From NCBI GenBank assembly GCA_951406725.2, contig OX597838.1, positions 40,796,001 through 40,860,000 of the forward strand: a DNA stretch of 64,000 bases. The letters are read 5' to 3'. Below are positions 13,687 through 26,395 of the stretch, one piece after another. How positions within the stretch are numbered: the first letter of the stretch is position 1; each line of letters begins with the position of its first letter. The notes below the pieces were generated by a model. The model was not told the origin of the DNA and made no database searches. It was given only the letters and a program-made list of their open reading frames with translations. The position numbers and the translations under genes are program-made. The stretch is from Octopus vulgaris (Eukaryota).

Positions 13687-15010
13687 AGTTCAGCAAAAAT
13701 TTAGATTCAAATGAACATGGTACTTAATTTAGATGCACCAGAATTTTTTATGGTGTTATCCATAAAAATCCGTGGGGCGATTATAATCAAAGTAAGCAAC
13801 AAGAATGACTCCGGTAATTTGGTACGATCGTTTCGTACAACATTATTTTATTAAATGTTGTAAGTATTAGAACAGATTTAAGATGCTGAGTACTCATCAG
13901 CCAATTATAGAGGTTTTCCATTAATACAAAAATTTCAAATCAAGTAGTAACATTATATAGAAAGTAGATATTTAGACAAAGATGTGGATTTAAATTTTAA
14001 GAACATATGAGGTAGTGGAGTCCCTCCACCGACTAACTAAGATTTGGTTGTTCTAGACTGCTGAAAGGTTGAAAGCAATAAAGATTTTCTGATTGTAGAA
14101 ATGGGGTTAAGGGGGTTTCAGAACTCCATAAAAGGAATTCATGTTGAAGACAGCCATTGTCGCTACTAAATGCCAATTACTACTATTTGATGAGAGAACT
14201 AGGTCAATGTAAATTGATCACAATCACATTCACAGAGAATGCAATTTAGAGAAGAAAAAAAAAGACTATCACTTATTATGAGTAGGCATAGTACATTTTA
14301 ACCGGGGGAAAGCCTTATTAATCAGGTGAACCTATTTTTGGTCAAAATATATACTAAGAAAGATGGAAGAGGGAAAATCAAAGAAGGAAGATTTACATAG
14401 ATTTAGAGAAATGTGATAATTATGAGGGGAAGTAATTTAGAAGAGTAAATTATTCAAAATTCATGGATAGTGAGTTGATATTAATGAATTAAAAATAGGA
14501 ACTATTGGGGATAAAATTTACTACCTGTGGATAAAAGTTAATTAGTTAGGTAAAAATATCTTAGGTTAATTATATATTAAGAAATGAGAGTGAGATAATC
14601 AGGATGGACCAAATAATTACCCTAGGGACATAGGATTAATACCACTTAGTATTGGAGAACATTATAAAAGGAAGAATTTAATTTTAAGTTTATAATGAAG
14701 TTTTTTTAATTATTTATGAGTATTAAACTAAAACCAGTATGTTATATTCGTTCCTATTTGGTTAAATATATTTTGTAAAGATATCTTAGACTAATTATAT
14801 ATTAAGAAATGGAAGTGAGATAATCAAGGTGAACCGAATAGTGTCTTTGGGGATATAGGATTCATACTATTTAGTATTCATACTATTTGGGATTCATACT
14901 ATTTAGGGTTCCAACTATTTAGATTCACACAGTTTAATTTTAGAAAAAAGAAGAATTCAATTTTAAGTTTGCAGTGAAGTTTTTTTAGTCATCTATGAAT
15001 GTTAAATTGA
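13685..15010 (-). mobile_element. PLE-like 3' fragment between (TA)n tracts
   Basis: Contains an HHR at 13819-13904. Its terminal ~150 bp is homologous to 32710-32880. Imperfect internal duplication (~14570-14730 vs ~14793-15008). Confidence 0.6.
13819..13904 (-). ncRNA. Type I hammerhead ribozyme with long stem II insertion
   Basis: Reverse complement: ttgg-CTGATGA-gtac-(~50 nt)-gtac-GAAA-cgatc-GTA-ccaa, with palindromic stem III ACGATCGT. Confidence 0.8.
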
Positions 15011-15013
15011 GGA

Positions 15014-15054
<41 letters not shown>

Positions 15055-15176
15055 CACAATCAAGGAACGGCCATAATAGGCCATTCACCCACTAGAAATA
15101 ACAGCCAAAAGCTTCAACCGCAAAATAACATCAATTCCGTAAACCAGGAGAAAATTAAAAAAACATTTACCCTGTA

Positions 15177-15283
15177 ATTTCTTATACGATGCACCGTTTC
15201 GTCTACTGTTTAATGGTAAACTAACCTGATTAAATTAAATCAAGCCAATCTACCATAGGCCCTTAGATTCATCAGTAAGAAAT
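15177..15283 (-). ncRNA. Type I hammerhead ribozyme (unit 1)
   Basis: Reverse complement: atttctta-CTGATGA-atcta...tagac-GAAA-cggtgcatc-GTA-taagaaat. 8-bp stem I; the first stem II pair is an A-C mismatch. Confidence 0.75.
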
Positions 15284-15666
15284 AGCCAAGTCGGAACAGA
15301 TATTTTTCACGAGGCATTCCCGTCCCTGCCTCGGCAATATCTGACCTAAAATTTTCAAATCATCGCACTCGCGCCAAATTTATCGGCAGCAAATAAATAT
15401 AAGCCGCCGATTTCATTACGGAACTAACCAGAAAATTCATAATTAATCAATATAGGGTGGCAAAAATATTTTTTAGAATCTTATTGCCACCAGCGGCCTA
15501 GTGGGAAAAAATTAAATAGTCATAAACCATTTTTAAGTTCAACATCACAATCAAGGAACGGCCATAATAGGCCATTCACCCACTAGAAATAACAGCCAAA
15601 AGCTTCAACCGCAAAATAACATCAATTCCGTAAACCAGGAGAAAATTAAAAAACATTTACCCTGTA

Positions 15667-15773
15667 ATTTCTTATACGATGCACCGTTTCGTCTACTGTT
15701 TAATGGTAAACTAACCTGATTAAATTAAATCAAGCCAATCTACCATAGGCCCTTAGATTCATCAGTAAGAAAT
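15667..15773 (-). ncRNA. Type I hammerhead ribozyme (unit 2)
   Basis: Identical to 15177-15283, 490 nt away. Confidence 0.75.
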
Positions 15774-16342
15774 AGCCAAGTCGGAACAGATATTTTTCAC
15801 GAGGCATTCACGTCCCTGCCTCGGCAAAATCTGACCTAAAATTTTCAAATCATCGCACTCGCGCCAAATTTATCGGCAGCAAATAAATATAAGCCGCCGA
15901 TTTCATTACGGAACTAACCAGAAAATTCATAATTAATCAATATAGGGTGGCAAAAAAATTTTTTAGAATCTTATTGCCACCAGCGGCCTAGTGGGAAAAA
16001 ATTAAATAGTCATAAACCATTTTTAAGTTCAACATCACAATCATGGTAGATTGGCTTGATTTAATTTAATCAGGTTAGTTTACCATTAAACAGTAGACGA
16101 AACGGTGCATCGTATAAGAAATTACAGGGTAAATGTTTTTTTAATTTTCTCCTGGTTTACGGAATTGATGTTATTTTGCGGTTGAAGCTTTTGGCTGTTA
16201 TTTCTAGTGGGTGAATGGCCTATTATGGCCGTTCCTTGATTGTGATGTTGAACTTAAAAATGGTTTATGACTATTTAATTTTTTCCCACTAGCCGCTGGT
16301 GGCAATAAGATTCTAAAAAATATTTTTGCCACCCTATATTGA

Positions 16343-16402
<60 letters not shown>

Positions 16403-16489
16403 ATGTAATTACACACAAGTACTGTTGGCGATTGCTTTTTTTTTCTTTCTTGAACTTTTCTTTTTCTCCTTTCCACTGAATCAGGGAGA

Positions 16490-16670
16490 CCTCTGGGCGT
16501 TGCTGCATTTTCCCTATTCTTATCAGTCTTGCTACATTAGTTCTCCATGATGACATCAATATTGTCAATGTGTGCTCTAATAAGGGCACTGGATCGGAGG
16601 AATTCAATTTTCTTCCGCTCTGCTTGCTCAATGGTTCTACAGAAACCATTCTTCTTCAGTGTAGCAGTAA
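16490..16670 (-). pseudogene. Possible RTE LINE C-terminal remnant
   Basis: Reverse-complement translation [17 protein letters not shown]...IMEN*...NRENAATPR loosely resembles the RTE ORF C-terminus. Confidence 0.35.
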
Positions 16671-16674
16671 TGAT

Positions 16675-16766
<92 letters not shown>

Positions 16767-16780
16767 AAATATATATATAA

Positions 16781-16861
<81 letters not shown>

Positions 16862-16958
16862 AACAATCTAAGGAAAGAATTCCTTCAAAGGGGTGTGTTT
16901 ATATATATGTGTGTGTATGTATGCATATGAATGTGAATATACATATATATGTATGTAT

Positions 16959-16995
<37 letters not shown>

Positions 16996-18164
16996 TGTCT
17001 GTGTGTGTGTGTGTGTATCGAAGTTCTGTCATCTTAATCTGTATAATGTTAAATTTGGAAAATTTATTTTTTGGTGGATTAATTTAGAATTTTGAATCTT
17101 TTTAGCGCATATTCTTGTAGTTACTGCAAAATACACCATTATATAAGTAATTTAATATTAATTACATATTACAAATAAGATGTCTTCATTATACAAAATA
17201 ATTATATGTATAAATACATTCATTTAATTTATTAATTAATTGATGATAATTATAACAATAACGATAATAATAAATATCTTTATTTTACTTACTAAATTTA
17301 ATAACCACAAAAATAATTATTACAGTATTGTATAGTTTATAACTTGTATTCTTATTACAACAATATTATTTTGTTACTTATGAAAGAATTAATAAAATGT
17401 GGATAAATACTATAAATAGTCCTTTAGTTAAATAATAATATTAATTATATTTATCGAGGACCAATACTCAACCCTTGTTTAGTATAGTTAATTTTTATTT
17501 ACTGAGTTCTCCCTTCAATAATAAACGAATAATAACCCTTATTTAATTAACTCCAAATCTCGTTACTTCTAAAAAAAAAACTAGTAACATTTTGATATCC
17601 ATTATTAAAGCCTCAATCTATATCTTTGGGGTATTTTTGTAATAGTGTTTGTAGCTCTAAATAAACAATAAATATAGAACATTTGTATCAGTTACTTTAA
17701 ACAATCTTTTTTATAGCAATACTTTTAAACAAATAGAACAGTTATTATATATTTAAAAAATAATTATCATTTATATTTTTCACACGCTTTATAAGTTTCC
17801 AAATTAAGTAAGACCCTGATACTTAATTATATACCTGTATATTACTGCTATATGTTATTATAATAGCGAAAGATGGTCTTCAACATAAACGAGTTTGAAC
17901 AGATATTATTTGAGATATATAGACATATATTTCGATAGTTGTAGACTCTACTTACTTAATTATTTTGTCCGTTATAGTTCTGTTGTTTTTAATTGTAATT
18001 GCTATGTAGTTGAATGGCTAACGCCCATAATACATAGGCGTTTGAATTGATTTTTTAAACAATCCAGCCGTCCTTTCGCACGGAATTTCATATATCTTCT
18101 ATAAGGGAATGGAATTGTTTATATATCAAAAATATATATAAGTTGGCTTTTTGGTTTTTTAATA

Positions 18165-18305
18165 TTAGGTTGTCCCAAAAGTTCGTTAACACTTGCGAAA
18201 ATTGAATTTTTACTCGCCAAGTACTAACAAAAACAACAAAAATTATTCCTCAAAATAAAGACCATTATTTTCCAAGACTTTCTACGAACTTTTGGGACAA
18301 CCTTA
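18165..18305. mobile_element. mariner-type MITE (141 bp)
   Basis: 22-bp TIRs TTAGGTTGTCCCAAAAGTTCGT / ACGAACTTTTGGGACAACCTTA (1 mismatch), TA on both sides. Confidence 0.85.
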
Positions 18306-18397
18306 TAATTGTTTATGTTAAATTATATTCATAATATATTATGTTACAAATAATTGGATTGTCAATTGTATCTCACTATTTAATTTACTGTTTACAT

Positions 18398-18501
<104 letters not shown>

Positions 18502-19019
18502 CATATATGTAGATATACTTAAACACATACATAAATATATATGCATGTATGTGTGTGTGTATGTTTGTGTGCGCCTGTGTATACGCGTATGCGTGTGTAT
18601 GCATGTGTATGCGTATATATGTATATGCACGTGTATGCATATCTCTACTCTCCCTTCTTTTTTAATTCTACACTAAGCGCATGCGTATATTTTCTACCTG
18701 GGGACAGAACTCTCCGTAGCCCTCAACATAAACTTCCTCACTCATAACACCTGTATGTTCTGAAACTGTAACTTTTCCAAACAAAGTGCACTTCATATTC
18801 AAGGCTCTGGTGAAGCTATAGAATGCTACCCGGGCACACAACAAAGCGGCCACCACATCTTATTGCAGAAACAGCTGTAAGGTAATAAAGTGCTTTGCAT
18901 AACACTTTTTTTCCGATGTTTTCTCTTTGTTTCTAGAGAGAGAGGGGAGGAGAGGAGGGAAAGAGACGGAGGAGGGAGACGGGGGACAAAGACGGGAAGA
19001 GAGACATGAGAGATAAAGG

Positions 19020-19029
<10 letters not shown>

Positions 19030-19060
<31 letters not shown>

Positions 19061-19288
19061 AAATAAAAACAGCAGAAGTAGAATAGGATGGAATAAGCGG
19101 ATAAAATTGAACTTTATTCGATTTGGCTAAGGGAAAGAGAAGCTGGGCAACAGAACACTGCGAACCTGTTGCCCAGCTTCTCTTTCCCTTAGCCAAATCG
19201 AATAAAGTTCAATTTTATCCGCTTATTCCATCCTATTCTACTTCTGCTGTTTTTATTTTATTTCTCTCTCTCTCTCTCTCTCTCTCTC
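19030..19288. repeat. Perfect fold-back with 12-nt spacer, ending in (GA)n/(TC)n
   Basis: Left arm ends at 19153 and right arm starts at 19166. About 100 bp of unique sequence per arm, exact reverse complements. Confidence 0.95.
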
Positions 19289-20599
19289 GAACTGTTAATG
19301 CATTAATTTCTAAATCTAAATTGAAAGCATTGGGAGAAAAAAATTCCTTCATGGTTAACAGATACCGCAGTTAACATGTTTTTGTCAGTGACCAGAAAAA
19401 AATAGATTAAGATTCGGAATCTATGTCGGTAAAAGTTAATTCACAAAAGCTCGTAGCAAAAAAATTAGATTAGAGTGAGTTTATTTGAGACAAAGAATGG
19501 GAAGAAAGAAACCTGCTTCCGATTCTCACACTTTTTCGGCGAGAAAGAATATAGACGCGAATAGTATGATAACAGAAAGGAGAAAGTGTGAGAGCAATGT
19601 GAAGGTTTGGGGGAGAGAGAGAGAGAGAGAGAGAGATAGAGAGAGGTAAAAGGACAGTAGAAGCAGTGTGGGGGATGCACGAAGTGAGAGGAGGTGATTT
19701 GAGAGACGTTGTGGTAAAAGTTCGTCGCAAGAATAGTCAGTTGAAATGGAGTGGAAGTGGTGAGGACCAAGTTGATTAAAGAGTGATGAGAGAAGGTGAG
19801 GGGATGAAGAAGGGGACTTATGACGAAGAAGACACACATCAGCACAAACAAGGTACGCGGAGGGTTGAGGGGTTATAAAAATTGTTAAAATTCTATAAAA
19901 GCGAGGTAAATAAGTGCAATGGTGAAGATGCTGGCAGAGGGAAGAGAGTTGGAATAATATAAACAGGAAAGAACTATTTCGAAAATTTATCTAAAAAATT
20001 CATACTTTCGAGAGAACGTGAAATAATTCATTTTTGGAACATTGGCTCTCGAGGCATATCGCATAAAGCTATGAATAATAGGAGCCGTTTGCTTTCTCCA
20101 TTTAAAAGGGTTTTTCAACCCACTATTTACATGTTATTATGTGATGTGCTTCGAGACCCAGTGTTTCGACAGACAGACAGGTAGACAGACAGACAGATAG
20201 ATACATACATACATACATACATACATACATACATACATACATACATACATACATACATACATACATACAAACATACAATCATACATACATACAATCATAC
20301 AATCATACATACATACAAACATATATACATACATACATACATACATACATACATACATACATACATACATTCATACATACATACATACATACATACATAC
20401 ACATTACCACACTCGAAGCGACAAGTCGAGTATTTGACGTGGGAAACTGTGTCGAAAATACGATGAATATTTATCTCCAGCTTTGTCTGTTAAATAACTG
20501 GTTAATCTTCGTTTCAATTAACCGAGAGAGCCCTTCATTCAAAATCGTAGTGATTTTCAACTGAAACTTGAATTTACCATCCAGAGAGTTACTACAAAC

Positions 20600-21900
20600 A
20601 TGGCTGGACACAACACCAACACATCCGAGGAGCAGAACGAAAACAACAGCAGTTCAACGGATGAACAGATTCTTTCTAGCTGTAATTATAGACGCCGTAA
20701 TTACAAAACACATTTTCCTTGGGGTTAGGAATTGAATACTGATTTATTTAACTGTTATAAAAGAGCGAAACAAAACCTTGTTGTTGTATACATGAACAGA
20801 TTGAAATCATACTGGGACGATCTATACCTGGAACTAAATCATTTTACTGCGAAACAGATACGCCAAGCAGCATTTGTGAAACATAGGAAGAAAGTTAGTA
20901 AAAGTAACATCATTTTAAAAAAAAGATCTAAAATTAACCTTCTCCCAAACAGTATAAACGAAAACGTGGGCGATGTTGGAACAATACGTGATTTCGCAAT
21001 TAGCAACATTCCAACGTATACTAAATCGCCTTTCAGCGAAACTACGTTACAGGCTGAAGCAACTGATCAACGTCTCTTTACTACAGGTATGGTAAATATA
21101 TTTCTTTACTACCCACAAGAGGCTAAACACAGAGGGGACAAACAAGGATAGACAAACGGATCAAGTCGATTACATCGACCCCAGTGCGTAACTGGTACTT
21201 AATTTATCGACTCCGATAGGATAAAAGGCACAGTCGACCTCGGTGGAATTTGAACTCAGAACGTAGAGGCAGACGAAATACCGCTAAGCATTTCGTCCGG
21301 CGTGCTGACGTTTCTGCCAGCTTGCCGCCTTTACAGGTATAGTAAATAGCAGGCTCAACCGCAGCGATGTAGTAATGACAGTCAGTTATATATCGATGAA
21401 ATATGCCCATAGTAAAATTTTCAAGAAAAATAGTTTTGGCTTTAAAGTACTTTCTCTAGCAGAGGGAGTATTCTCTATCAAAGTAAAAGCCCAACAGGTA
21501 CAATAATTAAAAGCTGTAAATGAAATGGAAGAGGATCAGTTACAGCAGTGTAAGGAACCTTCATTCAGGCAAATTAACGCCTGTCTATATGCCCTGTCTA
21601 GCAAAGCAACACAGGAGCGGGCACTCAAAAAGTAAACAAAACCAAAACAACGAAGAAAGTGCCATTAAAGGCTTTTGAAGACACAGAAATAGGGAGCTGA
21701 TTTGCAGAGGAGCATCAGCGATGTGGCGGCGATGCTTATCGTTTGCGAACAAGCATATCACTATAGTTCTCAGGAACGGGAAGTGATGTTTGGGGATAGA
21801 AGTGAAATTTGGGGATAGAAGTGGTGTTTGGGGATAGCAAAAAGAGCACACTCAATTGCAAACTGATTACCCACAAGAAGAGCTAAAAGTTGCGAGAAAC
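20600..21900 (+). pseudogene. Decayed R4/Dong-like LINE N-terminal region, interrupted by a SINE
   Basis: W..ELNTDLFNCYKRAK...YMNRLKSYWDDLYLELNHFTAKQIRQAAFV resembles the N-terminus of RLE-type LINE ORFs. Confidence 0.45.
21098..21331 (-). mobile_element. Nin/Deu-domain tRNA SINE, family B, with 16-bp TSD
   Basis: Reverse-complement head GGCGGCAAGCTGGCAGAAACG, B box GAGTTCAAATTC. TSD TACAGGTAT(G/A)GTAAAT at 21082-21097 and 21332-21347. Confidence 0.9.
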
Positions 21901-22316
21901 TCCAACATCTAATAAAATGCTTCGTAGATATCTGATACAATGTCAAAGAACGTCTGACGTTTGATAGAATGCTTGGTGGAATGTCCGAGAGAGTGAGTGA
22001 CAGAATGACGAAATTTTCGCAAGAATGATACCCTGATCGTGTTATGTTTCGTACAGAATATCGTACTGAAGCTTTGACGAGAGAATAGCGCTATGCTTTG
22101 CAGTGTTGAACTGACGAAGGACCATTGACAGTATATAACAGGAAGAATGCTTTGTTAGCATCCGGTGGTGTCCAGTTACATTTTACATAAATATATCTTC
22201 GCGAAAATAATTGTACTGTCGACTGATTCCATTTAAAATTGCGTGACGACATTTTAACGTTACCAAGCAACCAACAGAATCATCAGTTGCAATGCTTAAT
22301 ATATTTACTCCTTTCT

Positions 22317-22376
<60 letters not shown>

Positions 22377-22524
22377 ATCTAGCTGCACACACACACACAC
22401 ACATACATTTATACACACAGGTATTCATATACATAAATATATATATTCATACAGACCATATGCGTGTATGTGTATGTTCATATATATATATATGTGTGTA
22501 TGTGTGTGTGTGTCTATATATATA

Positions 22525-22775
22525 TCGCTTTTATCTTTTATCCTTTACTTGTCTCAGCCATTGCACTGCGCCCATGATGGGGCACCACCTAGATATGAAT
22601 TTTAGTGAAATGCATCGACCCCAGTCATTTTGTTTAAGCCTGGTACTTATTCTATCAGTCTCTCTTGCCGAACTGCTATGTTACAGGGACGTAAACACAC
22701 CAATACCGGTTGTCAAGCGGTGGTGGGGACAAACACAGACACAAAATCCTCCATTGAAAGAAGCCCGTCGTGTAT
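22525..22775 (-). mobile_element. SINE family A 3' half
   Basis: Reverse-complement match to the SINE A body and tail. Confidence 0.75.
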
Positions 22776-23426
22776 ATATATATATACAATAAATTAATAA
22801 ATAGAACATATGCATATATACATACATATATGTACGTACCTACCTCTACATGTATATATAGACGCATATATGGGTACAGGACACCAAAAAAAAACGTCGA
22901 ATACAATGAGAAACGAAAACATAAACACAAAACCAAGGAACTGGACATTTTTCTTAAACAACAAAAAAATAGAGTACAGGACAAATAACACAAGGAAAAT
23001 TCCCCTATTCATCTACTCTGCGTTTCGAAGGTGAAGGCGATACGCATCCTCGATAGAAACTTTCCTTCCCGCGAAAAGCAAATTAAATAAAATTTGAGAT
23101 CTTTTTGCGGGGGGGTAAAAATGGTAACAAAAACAGGACAGTAACGACAGTACAAAATATAAACAGTAAAAGACAGGACAAGGAGAATAACAAGACAAGA
23201 AGGGCTGTTAAACCGAACGAGAAAAAGTATTACGAACGCTATTTTTGAGAACGGCGAAGGAGCAACAGAAAATGCCGTCCACACTTCAAGGGAGTCAGGC
23301 CAGAAAGACAGTAGCAGAACTCTCGTCGCGAGTCAACGACGGGAGGGAGGAGGAGGAGCAAGAGAAAGGGAGAGAAAAAAGGGAATGGTTGTGAGGAAAC
23401 CAGAAAGAATGAAGAATGAGAGAGAT

Positions 23427-23690
23427 ATATACATAAATATAAGAGGGAACCACTATGTGGAAGCACTTACGCTAGAAAGAGATCCGCATATGTCTCAACC
23501 ACTAAGAATTGTTCTCCAGAAAATTTAGCACACCAGAAACATAAGCGAGCAAGACAAATGAAAAATAACAAAAATATAGATTAATAGATTAAATAACAAA
23601 AATATAGAGTAATATAGGTTGAGACCTATGCGGATCTCTTTCTAGCGTAAGGGCTTCCACATAGTGGTTCCCCGCTTATATTTATGTATA
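23427..23690. repeat. Fold-back element, same family as 36514-36929
   Basis: GGGAACCACTATGTGGAAGCACTTACGCTAGAAAGAGATCCGCAT...CAACC and its reverse complement at 23617-23690. Confidence 0.85.
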
Positions 23691-23796
23691 AAATACTATT
23701 TACTGAATCTGATTTTTATGCACTAGACCACTGGTGTTAAATTGATGTTATTAAATTAATATCCAATTTTTCACCCTCATTTTGATTTTGATTTTT

Positions 23797-24144
23797 AAAC
23801 CACATGGTTCCGGGTTCAGTCCCACTGCGTGGCACCTTGGGCAAGTGTCTTCGACTATAGCCTCGGGCCGACCAAAGCCTTGTGAGTGGATTTGGTAGAT
23901 GGAAACTGAAAGAAGCCCGTCGTGTATATGTTTATATGTGTGTGTGCGTGTGTGTTTGTGTGTCTGTGTTTGTCCCCCTAGCTTGACAACCGATGCTGGT
24001 GCGTTTATGTCCCCGTATCTTAGCGGTTCGGCAAAAGAGACCGATAGAATAAGTACTGGGCTTACAAAGAATAAGTCCCGGGGTCGAGTTGCTCGATTAA
24101 AGGCGGTGCTCCAGCATGGCCGCAGTCAAATGACTGAAACAAGT

Positions 24145-24148
<4 letters not shown>
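23797..24148 (+). mobile_element. SINE family A copy (5'-trimmed)
   Basis: Close match to 33277-33678. Confidence 0.9.
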
Positions 24149-24192
<44 letters not shown>

Positions 24193-24195
<3 letters not shown>

Positions 24196-24358
24196 GACTG
24201 GCTTCTTTCAGTTTCCCTCAAACAAATCCATTCACAAGGTTTTCGTCGGCTCTAGGCTATAGGAGGAGAGAGTTGCCCAAGTTGCCACGCAATGGGATTG
24301 AACTCAGAACCATGTGGTTGGGAAGCAACCATTACTATTATTTCCACACAGCCACGCC
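24193..24358 (-). mobile_element. SINE family A 5' half
   Basis: Reverse-complement head TGGCTGTGTGG...GAGTTCAATCCC...GAAAGAAGCCAGTCG. Confidence 0.75.
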
Positions 24359-24599
24359 ATCATACACTCATACACTCATACAAGAATCCACTAGCAAACT
24401 AATCACTAATAGCAACCAGCCACGAGCTCAAGACGTTTTCTCTACGCCTAATGCATTCCATTCCAACTTTGAAATTAATGCATTAACTGACCCCCCACCC
24501 CCTCCCCCATCACCCTCCTCTTATTTCTTTCAACTAAATCAAATCCAATTGATGCTTATCCGGTTTTCCGTTCCATTCCAATTTCTAACTCTTTGTTAT

Positions 24600-24600
<1 letters not shown>

Positions 24601-24641
<41 letters not shown>

Positions 24642-25020
24642 CTTCATTATCGATTCGCTTTCTCTCTGTCCCCCTCTCTCTCTCTCTCTCCTTCTCTCTC
24701 TCTCCTCCCTTTCTCTCTCTCTGTCCACCCTCTCTCCTTCTCTCTCTCTCCCTTTCTCACTCTCTGTCCCCTCTCTCTCTCCTTCTCTCTCCTTCCCTCT
24801 CTCTCTGTCCCCATCTCTCTCATTCTTTCTTCCTCCCTCAGTCTCTCTCTCTGTCTCCCTCTCTCTCTCTCTCCTTCTCTCTTTCCCTCCCTCTCTCTCT
24901 GCCCCCTCTCTCCTTCTCTCTTCCTCCCTCTGTCTCTCTCTCTTCCTCCCTCTCTCTCTCTCTCTATCCCCCTCTCTCTCTCCTTCTCTCCCCCCTCTCT
25001 CTCTCTCTCTCTCTCCTTCC
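24601..25020. repeat. (CT)n-rich polypyrimidine tract
   Basis: Degenerate CT dinucleotide array. Confidence 0.95.
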
Positions 25021-25589
25021 ATTTTTCACTTTACTAACCTTAATGTCGTTTAATAACATTCAGACTAAGAATTACATTTTACGCTTCTTATTTTCCTTCC
25101 ACAAATATTATTTTCAATTTGTCTTCAAATTTGCTTTTTTATTTTTTTCCCCGTTAGCATTTAATTTTTTTTTTTCTATATTTTTGTTCTTTATCCAATG
25201 ACATCACATCTGTAAGTTTACTATCGAGTTACTATTATTTCCAACACGTATGTTAATGCGCATGTCATTGTGTTTATCCACCACCATCACCTCCACCAAC
25301 TGTCCACCGTTGTTCGTTTATTGACATTCCCATAACTTAAAGGTACGGCAATAGAAATTGGAAGAACCAGTACTAGACTTCAAAAATCTAGACAAGGCTA
25401 GATTTAATTGAGTAAAATTTTCAAGGTGGTGCTCCAGCTTAGCTGCAAAGCAATGAGAAAAAATAAAAGGATAAAAGAATGTTTATAGGTATATATTTAT
25501 TTATATATATATATATATTTATATTTCGTTTTGGATTTGGTTTGCAAGATTCTTTATATGAGTTCGTGTGTTGAAGCATATTCTGTTAT

Positions 25590-25789
25590 GTCTGGGGAGA
25601 GTCATTCTCTTTTAGTGCCTTATAATTTAACACACTCACCGGTAAAATTTCCACTTATTTCTTATTTTTTATTTTCTAAAATTTTTGTTGCGTCTTGCAA
25701 CCTTTTCAATAGTCTTGACTCTCAAGAGAATTTTACCTGTGAGTGTGTTAAATAATAAGGCACTAAAAGAGAATGACTCTCCCCAGACT
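25590..25789. repeat. Fold-back (~60-bp arms) with degenerate HHR in spacer
   Basis: 25590-25649 versus 25729-25789. Spacer reverse complement: cta-TTGAAAA-g-gttgc-aagac-gcaac-aAAA-at-TT-tag. Confidence 0.8.
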
Positions 25790-25988
25790 ATATATATAGT
25801 CAATCCAAATATGAACAAGCAAGGAAAAACAACAACGTGAGGACGTGGAATAAGTAGTGTTATTGGACACATAGGAAAGGAAAGAAAAGAAAGAGGACTT
25901 CACGTTCCGAGCGGAGCTCTTCATTAGAAATATAGAAACAGTCCAAAGAAGGGAAGACGGGGAGAGAAAATCGCCAACCATCCATACA

Positions 25989-26395
25989 TAGGTACGCATA
26001 TAGGGTACAGGACGTCATAAAAATGTAAACAGCATGAGATAAGAAAATAGAGTACGCAAAGAACGAGAGATAGAAACGGAAAACAAGACAAGTAACATGA
26101 AAAACGACCCTTCATCAGTTGTCGGTTGTCCTTTTACTCCTTATTTCGAACAATGAACGACTTTGAAGGCAGTTACTACCACGAACCAAAATAAAATTTG
26201 GGATTTGCGGAGGGTCAAACATACATTGCTCGAAATAAGGAGTAGAAGGACAGCCGACAACTGATGAAGGGTCGTTTTTCATGTTACTTGTCTTGCTTTC
26301 CCTTTGTTTCTCTCGTTCTTTGCGTACACAACTTTATTTTCGTATTTCATGTTGTTTACGTTTTATGACGTCCTGTACCCTCATATGTGTACCTA
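25989..26395. repeat. Diverged fold-back (~165-bp arms)
   Basis: 25989-26155 versus 26224-26395. Contains CTGATGA. Related to 22865-23040 (shared GGGTACAGGAC). Confidence 0.85.

Larger units (their letters stand above)
15053..16348 (-). mobile_element. Retrozyme/PLE pseudo-LTR-like array: two ~490-bp tandem units plus ~305-bp inverted copy
   Basis: Units start at 15053, 15544 and 16034 (the last is partial). 16043-16348 is an inverted copy. (TA)n on both sides, one HHR per unit. Confidence 0.85.

Noticed and set aside
15053-16348. CRISPR array or LTR retrotransposon
   Set aside because: No repeat-spacer pattern, and no internal gag/pol, PBS or TG..CA ends.
17450-18110. Very decayed PLE-like coding remnants (KCS...LELQTLLQKYPKD; IYEIPC) on the minus strand
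   Set aside because: Too short and AT-rich to support without a profile search.
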